The notes under the pieces were generated by a model that was given only the letters and a program-made list of their open reading frames with translations, was not told where the DNA came from and ran no database searches. The position numbers were made by a program, and so were the translations under genes. 36,749 nt of DNA. It comes from a virus. Taxonomy: Duplodnaviria > Caudoviricetes. The stretch spans positions 1 through 36,749 of IMG/VR virus record IMGVR_UViG_3300020045_003121; one strand, 5' to 3'. Below, one piece after another: positions 27,104 to 33,826 of the stretch. Within the stretch, counting starts at the first letter, position 1. Every line of letters starts with the position of its first letter.

Positions 27104-27205
27104 CTATTTTTGCGTTTCGTCTTTTCCGTCTTTATCAATCATTGCGAATCTCCAGCCAACAGTGATTCCGTTTATGTAAATCGTTATTTTCTTTTTTGAT
27201 TTCAT
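27104..27205 (-). CDS. Small hypothetical protein (33 aa)
   Basis: Manual ORF MKSKKKITIYINGITVGWRFAMIDKDGKDETQK, preceded by AAGAG. Confidence 0.35.
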   Translation of the reverse strand: MKSKKKITIYINGITVGWRFAMIDKDGKDETQK

Positions 27206-27226
27206 GCTTATCTCTTGTGATGTTCA

Positions 27227-27307
27227 TAAAAAGTGCCGAAGTCTCACCGGCTCCCATTTCATTTCTGGCGGCTTTTGCTGGCCTTCGGTAATGGGTAAGA
27301 TCGTTTA
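27227..27307 (-). ncRNA. Structured RNA element, copy 1 (boxA-like sequence plus hairpins and U-tract)
   Basis: Imperfect repeat of 27584-27668 with compensatory base changes. Confidence 0.6.
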
Positions 27308-27583
27308 GCTCGTTATTTCTCGGCTTGCGTACCGCTAATAACTAAGCCAAGGCATTGCCAATCGTTGCCGGTCTTTCCCGACTGTCACCGCAGAGGCTTC
27401 GGTTCTCGCCACGTTCACTTTTCGCCTACTTGGTTTGCCAACTTTTTCAGCAAATTTGCTTACTTTTGGGGACTTCGTTCGGGTACTCGGTTTCAGTTCT
27501 TAAAATCTTTGTAAAAGCCACTCAGAAAATGACTTTTAAAAAGACCCGGCTAACTTCGCCGGGGAAGGTCTTTAGGTGGTGCG

Positions 27584-27668
27584 TAAAAAGTGCCAAGGCT
27601 CTCACTTGGCTCACATTTCGTTTCTGCGGGGCTTAGCCCAGGCTTCGGGAATGTGTAAGATCGGTTTA
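27584..27668 (-). ncRNA. Structured RNA element, copy 2 (boxA-like sequence plus hairpins and U-tract)
   Basis: Starts at the stop of 27666-27851 and contains CGATCTTACACATTCC. Covaries with copy 1. Confidence 0.6.
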
Positions 27669-27851
27669 AGCGGTTACTTCAATTCCAAAAAATTCTTTAA
27701 TCAAACGTGGTGACATTGCGTTTGCTACTGACTGCCACCTGTCGCCAATCATTGACCAAACATCGAACACAACCGTCTCTGTGCCTTTGTATTCAACGAT
27801 TCTTTTGTTTACTGCGATTTGTCTGCTGTAGTTTTTGCTGTATGTGCTCAT
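27666..27851 (-). CDS. Hypothetical protein, first gene of the leftward operon
   Basis: 61 aa, GGA SD, downstream of PL. No HTH visible. Confidence 0.6.
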   Translation of the reverse strand: MSTYSKNYSRQIAVNKRIVEYKGTETVVFDVWSMIGDRWQSVANAMSPRLIKEFFGIEVTA

Positions 27852-27895
27852 TTCGCTATCCAGGTTAGTTTCGGCGTGTTGCCGTGTTGGAATGC

Positions 27896-27924
27896 ATTAA
27901 AGCACCGCTTTACAATCGCGTCAA
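27896..27924 (-). promoter_or_regulatory. Leftward early promoter (PL-like)
   Basis: TTGACG(27924-27919)-17-TTTAAT(27901-27896), overlapped by operator 1. Confidence 0.75.
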
Positions 27925-28002
27925 GTTTTATTTAAAGCTCAGCTTTACTTTATTTTGTAAGCACAAAAAAATCGCTTTCGCTTAAGGTAAAGCCATGCTT
28001 TA
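27898..28002. promoter_or_regulatory. Three palindromic operators TAAAGC-N3-GCTTTA
   Basis: Perfect-arm copies at 27898-27912, 27933-27947 and 27988-28002. Confidence 0.85.
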
Positions 28003-28004
28003 AT
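27996..28004 (+). promoter_or_regulatory. Rightward early promoter (PR-like), extended -10
   Basis: TG-C-TTTAAT ends 6 nt before ATG 28011 and overlaps operator 3. Confidence 0.55.
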
Positions 28005-28010
28005 AGCAAC

Positions 28011-28247
28011 ATGTTAGAAGAAATCATAAGCACCTATCCTTCTGAGGCTGAGTTTTGCAGAGCTGTTGGATTAAAACACCAGCAGTACTTAACGCAGATA
28101 AAGAACAAAACAAGGCCGATCCCGCCAAAGATGGCTATTGCCTTGCTTAATCTGCATGGGGTGCCTTTGCACGAAAGCAGACCGGAAATATACCCAGCCA
28201 GTGTCTATCCTATGTCACCGGAGACTGTACGGAAGGGCAATAGGTAA
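28011..28247 (+). CDS. Cro/YdaS-like HTH regulator
   Basis: 'SEAEFCRAVGLKHQQYLTQI...IPPKMAIAL...RPEIY'. First rightward gene. Confidence 0.8.
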   Translation: MLEEIISTYPSEAEFCRAVGLKHQQYLTQIKNKTRPIPPKMAIALLNLHGVPLHESRPEIYPASVYPMSPETVRKGNR

Positions 28248-28264
28248 ATGTTTAAACAGTTTGC

Positions 28265-28325
28265 GCGTCTAGGGTAGCTCCCGAACACCCGTTACCTTGC
28301 CGGGCTGACGCCAATTTTTGCAAGG
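28265..28325 (+). ncRNA. Three-way-junction cis RNA element upstream of the replication gene
   Basis: GCGTC/GACGC closing stem with GGG-TAGCT-CCC and CCCG/CGGG hairpins. Loop CCTTGC is complementary to GCAAGG at 28320. Confidence 0.55.
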
Positions 28326-28399
28326 GTTATTGAAGGAATGACGATGAGCGATGAATTTTATATCAGGGAAGAAATAGAAAAAGGCAAGCGGTATTAGCT

Positions 28400-29176
28400 A
28401 TGTCAAACCAATGGTTTCGCATGTATCACGAGTTCGCCACCGACCCAAAAGTGCAGATGCTTTCGGAGGAAAATCAGCGGCGTTACATCATGTTGCTTTG
28501 CCTTAAATGCAGTAACGGCGATGTAACGTTACATGATGAAGAAATATCGTTTCAGTTACGGATTAGTAACGACGCATGGTTACAAACAAAAGCAATATTA
28601 CTGGCAAAAAAACTAATAAACGATGACGCAACACCATCCGCATGGGATCGCAGGCAGTTCGCATCAGACTCAAGCGCACCAAGGGTTGCAAAGCATAGAG
28701 CGTTAAAAAAACAAGCATGTAACGTTACAGTAACGCCACCAGATACAGATACAGATACAGATACAGATACAGATACAGATACAGATATAACAACTACATA
28801 CGTCGAAACGGAAACCGTTTCTGGTGAAGTCGAGGCGGAAAAGGTTGTTGATATTTCAACCAAGCGCAAAGAATCAATTCCGTATCAGGAAATCGTAGAC
28901 AGCTATCACGAGATTTTGCCGAGATTGGCTCAGGTCTACAAGCTAACCAACACTCGAAAATCCAGAATTAAAAACCTTTGGCTAGATGAGCTTGATTGCG
29001 TCGAGTCATGGAGCAACTACTTCAAGCATATTGGCAGGTCTGATTTTTTAATGGGCAGATCAAGGCCTGGGCCAGACGGAAGGATATTCACGGCAGACTT
29101 CGATTTCATTATCAATCCGGCTAACTTCGTAAAAATCGCAGAGGAAAAATATCATGGCAAGAAAGTTCAAAGATGA
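28400..29176 (+). CDS. Replication initiator / replisome organiser
   Basis: 'WFRMYHEFATDPKVQML', 'WDRRQFASDSSAPRVAKHR', DT-repeat linker and C-terminal 'ADFDFIINPANFVKI'. Confidence 0.85.
   Translation: MSNQWFRMYHEFATDPKVQMLSEENQRRYIMLLCLKCSNGDVTLHDEEISFQLRISNDAWLQTKAILLAKKLINDDATPSAWDRRQFASDSSAPRVAKHRALKKQACNVTVTPPDTDTDTDTDTDTDTDITTTYVETETVSGEVEAEKVVDISTKRKESIPYQEIVDSYHEILPRLAQVYKLTNTRKSRIKNLWLDELDCVESWSNYFKHIGRSDFLMGRSRPGPDGRIFTADFDFIINPANFVKIAEEKYHGKKVQR
28741..28788 (+). repeat. (AGATAC)x7 + AGATAT microsatellite encoding (DT)n
   Basis: Read directly from the sequence. Confidence 0.95.
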
Positions 29177-29615
29177 TTTGCCCACAGGCGAAACAAGTTT
29201 AACGCTTAGCTCAACCCTATTCGATTACGTCTCTCAGTTTGCGCCAGATGTTTTAGATGCTTTGCCCTGCATGAAAAGCCGATTGCCTTTGGAATACTGG
29301 CAAGCGCTGTTTGAAAAAGAAAAGCACATAGAGTCTAAAAAGCCCGGAAAGAATAACGGCCTCGAATGGGATTATGCGAAGCGTCTTGTTTACCTTGCTA
29401 GAAAATTCAAATCGTTTTCAGATAAGCATCAAAACGAGATTATTGGCGCAAGAAAAGAAAAGATATTTTGGCGCGGCGATGAGCCTGATTTTTTTAATAC
29501 CGTAATCACTGAAACTATTTTGTTTCGCGATTTAGAGCCGGTTGAAAAAGAGAATTATAAAAAGCGATTGATGGTAGTTTCAAAAAGCCTTGGTGCGCGT
29601 CATGCAATGTTCTAA
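29154..29615 (+). CDS. Hypothetical protein in the helicase-loader position
   Basis: GAGG SD, overlaps the initiator gene. No Walker motif. Confidence 0.55.
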   Translation: MARKFKDDLPTGETSLTLSSTLFDYVSQFAPDVLDALPCMKSRLPLEYWQALFEKEKHIESKKPGKNNGLEWDYAKRLVYLARKFKSFSDKHQNEIIGARKEKIFWRGDEPDFFNTVITETILFRDLEPVEKENYKKRLMVVSKSLGARHAMF

Positions 29616-29868
29616 CAAATTGCTTGAATTGCGCCTTGCCAAAAAATCAGCAGAAGAAAAGCAAATCAAGCTCGACCAATGGAAACACATTCAAGCCGAC
29701 TGCCCATTGCTGGCAGAATTTATGCAGGGCATGAGCGCCAAAACAGCAGAGATATTCGGCCAAGGCAAAAAAGCGTTTGCAGCAGTGCAGACTTTTGAGG
29801 GTGGCGCGGAAGTTGTTACCGGGGAATTTGCACCGGCTCGGCGTGGCGTAAGCGGGGTGTTTAGATGA
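29602..29868 (+). CDS. Hypothetical protein
   Basis: Track ORF 29590-29868. ATG 29602 is the likely start. Confidence 0.5.
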   Translation: MQCSNKLLELRLAKKSAEEKQIKLDQWKHIQADCPLLAEFMQGMSAKTAEIFGQGKKAFAAVQTFEGGAEVVTGEFAPARRGVSGVFR

Positions 29869-30722
29869 ATCTTTCAATTTCATTCAGCGGAGGGAGAACA
29901 TCCGCTTATATGACTAACTGGTTGTTAGAAAACAAACGAAACGATTTTGAAAATATCGTAATCACGTTTGCCAACACAGGCCAAGAAAACGAGGAAACGC
30001 TTGAATTTGTTGATAGGTGCGACAAGGAATGGAATTTAGGCGTTGTGTGGCTTGAGGCGGTTGTGCATGAGAAGGGCAAAGGCAATACGCACAAAATAGT
30101 GGATTTTGAAACCGCCGATAGATCGGGCAAGCATTTTGAAGATTTCATAAAAAAACACGGAATCCCTAATGCAGCGGCTCCCAAATGTACCGACGAGCTG
30201 AAGCTTGCGCCGATGCGCTCCTATTTACGCTCAATCGGCTGGAAAAACGGCACATATAAAACCGCTGTTGGCATCCGAGTTGATGAAATGGACAGAATCA
30301 GCTCGCGCATGGTTGAGCAGAATTTAATTTACCCGCTATGCGAGTACACCAAAGTCACTAAACAAATGGTAACGCTGTGGTGGGAACGTCAACCGTTCAA
30401 CTTAGATTTAAAAGAGCATCAAGGCAATTGCAAGTGGTGCTGGAAAAAATCAAAACGAAAGCTTTTGACCATCGCAAAAGAAACGCCGGAAGCTTTTGAG
30501 TTCCCGATTCGCATGGAAGCTAAGCATCGATTTGCTGGTCCTTGGAAAGATCCTAACGGTTTTGGTCGTGTGTTTTTTAGAAATCATCAAACCGCATTAG
30601 ACATCATTGAAGAATCAAAACAGCCATTCATCCCATTTACAGAAGCCCCGATAAATTTCGATTTGTTTGACGACGAAATGGATTCCGCTGGCGCTTGCTC
30701 TGAATCTTGCGAGGTTTATTAA
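29865..30722 (+). CDS. PAPS-reductase-like (PP-loop, Cys-rich) protein
   Basis: SFSGGRTS, FANTG, CTDELK, GIRVDE, NCKWC and C-terminal CSESC. Confidence 0.85.
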   Translation: MNLSISFSGGRTSAYMTNWLLENKRNDFENIVITFANTGQENEETLEFVDRCDKEWNLGVVWLEAVVHEKGKGNTHKIVDFETADRSGKHFEDFIKKHGIPNAAAPKCTDELKLAPMRSYLRSIGWKNGTYKTAVGIRVDEMDRISSRMVEQNLIYPLCEYTKVTKQMVTLWWERQPFNLDLKEHQGNCKWCWKKSKRKLLTIAKETPEAFEFPIRMEAKHRFAGPWKDPNGFGRVFFRNHQTALDIIEESKQPFIPFTEAPINFDLFDDEMDSAGACSESCEVY

Positions 30723-30830
30723 ATGCAAGTAATCCGCATAGCCAACGAAGCCGCGCGTAAGTCGGTATTGATGCAGATTCAGGCGCTTAGTCTTGATACG
30801 GTCAAATCTATGCGGATGAGGACTGTTTGA
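30723..30830 (+). pseudogene. Truncated duplicate of the ninB 5' end (35 aa)
   Basis: MQVIRIANEAARKSVLMQIQALSLD... versus MQVIRIANEAARNSALMQIQALSLE at 31678. Confidence 0.8.
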
Positions 30831-31678
30831 TGGCCGCGTATTACAATGAATGGGATAAGAAGTCAGCATCATGGCTTAGGGAATTGATTAAAGCAGGCTT
30901 GATAGCCGATGGGGAAGTAGATGAACGCAGTATTGCCGATGTTCAAGCAGGAGACATTAGAGGATTTAATCAATGCCATTGGTTTGCTGGAATCGGCGGC
31001 TGGTCGTATGCGCTTAGACTTGCAGGAGTTACGGACGACTATCCCGTGTGGACAGGATCATGCCCTTGCCAGCCTTTCAGCACTGCCGGAAAAAATAACG
31101 GGAAGTCCGACGAGCGTCACTTGTGGCCCGAGTTCGCAAGACTTATTGCCGAAGTTAGACCTGTCACAGTCTTTGGCGAACAGGTTGAGGGCGCGGTTAA
31201 GCACGGGTGGCTCGATGATCTACAAGCAGACATGGAAAGAGAAAACTACACCGTTGGGGCTGCGGTATTGGGCGCACACAGCGTCCAGGCGTACCACCAA
31301 AGACAACGACTTTACTGGGTGGCAGACAGCAACGACAAGAGACTGGAAGAACGGCAAGGAGCAGAACGTACCAATCAACTGCCTATTAGGGCGAACGGTT
31401 TGGTTGACGGCTTGGGCAACTCCAACAGTGACAGACGCCCAGCGGGGTGTGAAACCGCCGAGGCCGCACGATACCGGAATACCGCTGACTCAGCAGGTTG
31501 GGCAAATCCTGACTGGATCGAATGTCGAGACAACAGGCTCAGGCCAATTAAACCCGGCATTAAGTGCATGGCTGATGGGGTTCCCGCAAGAGTGGTGCGA
31601 TTGCGCGGTTACGGCAATGCAATAGTTCCGCAAGTAGCTGCGGAGTTTATCAGCGCCTTTTATGAGGTTTTTTCGTAA
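30830..31678 (+). CDS. C5 cytosine DNA methyltransferase, alpha (catalytic) polypeptide
   Basis: WFAGIGG (motif I), GSCPCQPFS (IV), GEQV (VI), QRQRLY (VIII) and GYGNAIVP (X). No motif IX in this frame. Confidence 0.9.
   Translation: MAAYYNEWDKKSASWLRELIKAGLIADGEVDERSIADVQAGDIRGFNQCHWFAGIGGWSYALRLAGVTDDYPVWTGSCPCQPFSTAGKNNGKSDERHLWPEFARLIAEVRPVTVFGEQVEGAVKHGWLDDLQADMERENYTVGAAVLGAHSVQAYHQRQRLYWVADSNDKRLEERQGAERTNQLPIRANGLVDGLGNSNSDRRPAGCETAEAARYRNTADSAGWANPDWIECRDNRLRPIKPGIKCMADGVPARVVRLRGYGNAIVPQVAAEFISAFYEVFS
30921..31625 (+). CDS. Nested +1-frame ORF: putative beta subunit of the C5 MTase (true start uncertain, possibly ATG 31215)
   Basis: Ends in GQLNPALSAWLMGFPQEW (motif IX) and carries W-x-T-[PA] repeats. 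Confidence 0.75.
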   Translation: MNAVLPMFKQETLEDLINAIGLLESAAGRMRLDLQELRTTIPCGQDHALASLSALPEKITGSPTSVTCGPSSQDLLPKLDLSQSLANRLRARLSTGGSMIYKQTWKEKTTPLGLRYWAHTASRRTTKDNDFTGWQTATTRDWKNGKEQNVPINCLLGRTVWLTAWATPTVTDAQRGVKPPRPHDTGIPLTQQVGQILTGSNVETTGSGQLNPALSAWLMGFPQEWCDCAVTAMQ

Positions 31679-32115
31679 TGCAAGTAATCCGCATAGCCAA
31701 CGAAGCCGCGCGCAACTCGGCGCTGATGCAAATCCAGGCGCTTAGTCTTGAGCCTGTAATGCAAGTTGAGATTAAGAAATACGTCAAGAAAAGAAGCGGC
31801 GGCCAGAACAGCTTTCAATGGGTTGGCATGTTGGCTGACTTTAGCGAACAGGGCGTTATCGATGGGAGAATTTTCAGCGTCAAGGTATGGCATGACTATC
31901 TGAAAGAGCTGTTTTTACCTGAGCAGCACGAGGAAGGCGTCACGCTGAAAGGCTATGTGAAATGGCAAGCCATGCCGGACGGTTCAATGCGCTGTGTTGG
32001 CTCGACTACAAAGCTAACCACAAAAGGATTTTCAGAATATATGGAGCGCTGTTACAGTTACGGAGCGCAAGAGCTTGAAATCAGATTTACCGCATCAACC
32101 AATCAATTTTCATAA
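31678..32115 (+). CDS. ninB: NinB/Orf-family recombination protein
   Basis: 'KKRSGGQNS', 'WHDYLK' and 'STTKLTTKGFSEYME...YGA'. Confidence 0.8.
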   Translation: MQVIRIANEAARNSALMQIQALSLEPVMQVEIKKYVKKRSGGQNSFQWVGMLADFSEQGVIDGRIFSVKVWHDYLKELFLPEQHEEGVTLKGYVKWQAMPDGSMRCVGSTTKLTTKGFSEYMERCYSYGAQELEIRFTASTNQFS

Positions 32116-32132
32116 CCAAAAGAGGAAACGAA

Positions 32133-32360
32133 GTGGATAACGTAAACGAAAATCAAAACGACACAGATCAGCAAAACGACTTGGTAAGCGTAAGCATATT
32201 TACCGGCGAAGAAGTCATCAGCGAAACAATCGACGCCATTCATCGCACTGTCGATGAAATGCTGGATTACGCAGATCATTTGTTTGAAGTCAGGGAAGAA
32301 CTGCTTAGAAGGGAAGCTGCATTTTTACACTACTGCTTCACCGGCAAGTTTCCAGAGTAA
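32133..32360 (+). CDS. Hypothetical acidic protein
   Basis: GTG start with GAGG SD. Confidence 0.55.
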   Translation: MDNVNENQNDTDQQNDLVSVSIFTGEEVISETIDAIHRTVDEMLDYADHLFEVREELLRREAAFLHYCFTGKFPE

Positions 32361-32371
32361 GGGGGGCAGAC

Positions 32372-32941
32372 ATGAAAACAATCATTTTCATCATCGCGCT
32401 GGCAGTTACTGTTTTTGGGTGTGCGTCCGAGCAGGAGCAAATCAAGGGCAAGCAAATTGCGACATGCAAAGAGCAAATCAAAGCAGGCCAAGAGCCTACC
32501 GAGTTTTGTTTGAATTTGTTGCCTGAATATCGCCAGGTGGCGCAAGCACAGCAGCAGCCGCTACAGCAATACGAGCCGCAGCAATACGCGCCACAAGCAG
32601 CACCGACTCCTGTCATTGTGCAGCAGCCAGCAGCGCAGTCGAGCAATAACGGCATGACGGATATGTTAGTTGGCGGTCTGATCGGTCACGCTATCGGTTC
32701 ATCTGGAAACAATAACGGCAGTTCAAATTACACGCCACCGTCTACTCGGGTAATCGAGCGAAACACCACGATTATCAGACAAGCACCTAAACCGTCCACT
32801 GGATTTGTTACGCCAGCGACACCGAAAACCAACTACATGGACACATCGAAACTTAGCGGCTTTGGCGCAAGGCCATCATCGCCGGTTAAATCCAGTTCGA
32901 TGAATATGTCAAAGCTGGGCACATACGGTAAGCGCAAGTAA
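32372..32941 (+). CDS. Lipoprotein with glycine-zipper-like segment and disordered tail
   Basis: Signal peptide MKTIIFIIALAVTVFG|C, and 'MLVGGLIGHAIG'. Confidence 0.7.
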   Translation: MKTIIFIIALAVTVFGCASEQEQIKGKQIATCKEQIKAGQEPTEFCLNLLPEYRQVAQAQQQPLQQYEPQQYAPQAAPTPVIVQQPAAQSSNNGMTDMLVGGLIGHAIGSSGNNNGSSNYTPPSTRVIERNTTIIRQAPKPSTGFVTPATPKTNYMDTSKLSGFGARPSSPVKSSSMNMSKLGTYGKRK

Positions 32942-33225
32942 TGAGCAAGTTAAGAAAAAGCGCAAGAGGCCAAAACTGCTTAGTCCGTATTCCCGGCGTA
33001 TGCAACCACAACAACGAGACTGTTGTTTTGGCGCATTTAAATGGCGGCGGTATGGGTATGAAGCATCACGACTTATTCGGGGCTTTCGCATGTTCTTCCT
33101 GTCACGATGAAATTGACAGACGAACAAGAAAACACGCTAAAGACTTGGTGGATTTATGTTTTTTCCACGGCATCCAGCGTACACAACAATACTGGCTAGA
33201 TACTGGTCTTGTTATAACTAAATAG
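32941..33225 (+). CDS. DUF1364/YbcO-like Zn-binding nuclease-domain protein
   Basis: 'LRKSARGQNCLVRIPGVCNHNNETVVLAH...GMGMK...ACSSCHDEID'. Confidence 0.85.
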   Translation: MSKLRKSARGQNCLVRIPGVCNHNNETVVLAHLNGGGMGMKHHDLFGAFACSSCHDEIDRRTRKHAKDLVDLCFFHGIQRTQQYWLDTGLVITK

Positions 33226-33233
33226 GGGATTAA

Positions 33234-33473
33234 ATGAGCAACCATGATAACGCAGGTTTTAACGAGCAGCCAAAACCAACCCATAACGAACACCCGGCCG
33301 CATGGAGCCTTGTAATAAGCGATATGGCTAACAGAGACATTATCGGCGCGGATAAGTACGGCACTCGATTACAGCCAAACAACGGGCGAGATAGCTTGCG
33401 GGATGCTTACGAGGAGGCGCTAGATTTGGCTGTTTACTTGCGTAATGCGATTTACGAGAGGGATAGCAAATGA
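33234..33473 (+). CDS. Small helical protein, possible nucleotide pyrophosphohydrolase-like fold
   Basis: 'GADKYG...AYEEALDLAVYL', containing an EExxD motif. Confidence 0.45.
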   Translation: MSNHDNAGFNEQPKPTHNEHPAAWSLVISDMANRDIIGADKYGTRLQPNNGRDSLRDAYEEALDLAVYLRNAIYERDSK

Positions 33474-33826
33474 TCGAGTTTATGTATCAGCTACCATACC
33501 CGCCAACGGTTAACCACATTTACCGACGCACTAAAAAAGGACAGGTGTTTTTGGACGATCGAGCAAGCGGCTATCGTGACGATGTTATCCACCTGATCGG
33601 GAAAGGCCACACAACGCTACAGGGGCAAATAAGGGTAAAGGTAGATGCTTACATGCCAGACAAAAGAAAACGCGACCTAGACAATCTATGCAAGGCGCTG
33701 TTTGATGCAATGACACATGCTGGTGTGTGGCTGGATGATAGCCAGATTACCAGCCTGCTAATAAACCGGGCAGGTGTAGAAAAGAATGGGCGAGTGGTGG
33801 TAACAGTTCAGCAGGTGGCGGCATGA
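33470..33826 (+). CDS. rusA: RusA Holliday junction resolvase
   Basis: 'LPYPPTVN', 'PDKRKRDLDNLCKALFDAM' and 'DDSQI'. Confidence 0.93.
   Translation: MIEFMYQLPYPPTVNHIYRRTKKGQVFLDDRASGYRDDVIHLIGKGHTTLQGQIRVKVDAYMPDKRKRDLDNLCKALFDAMTHAGVWLDDSQITSLLINRAGVEKNGRVVVTVQQVAA

Noticed and set aside
26466-27179. 237-aa plus-strand ORF with RSAFL/RLALL repeats
   Set aside because: Antisense shadow of the pentapeptide repeat, which lacks stops on the opposite strand.
27227-27307. Possible HDV-like or hammerhead ribozyme (plus-strand ...CGGTAATGGG end)
   Set aside because: I could not build the nested P1/P3/L3 HDV topology or find CUGANGA/GAAA cores. Kept only as an unclassified structured RNA.
27312-27351. 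Resemblance of CUUGG..CUUAG to a preQ1-II riboswitch
   Set aside because: The topology differs and the pseudoknot does not cover an SD, so the similarity is superficial.
27355-27636. 93-aa plus-strand ORF
   Set aside because: Opposite to the operon direction, TTG start without SD, and it overlaps structured RNA elements.
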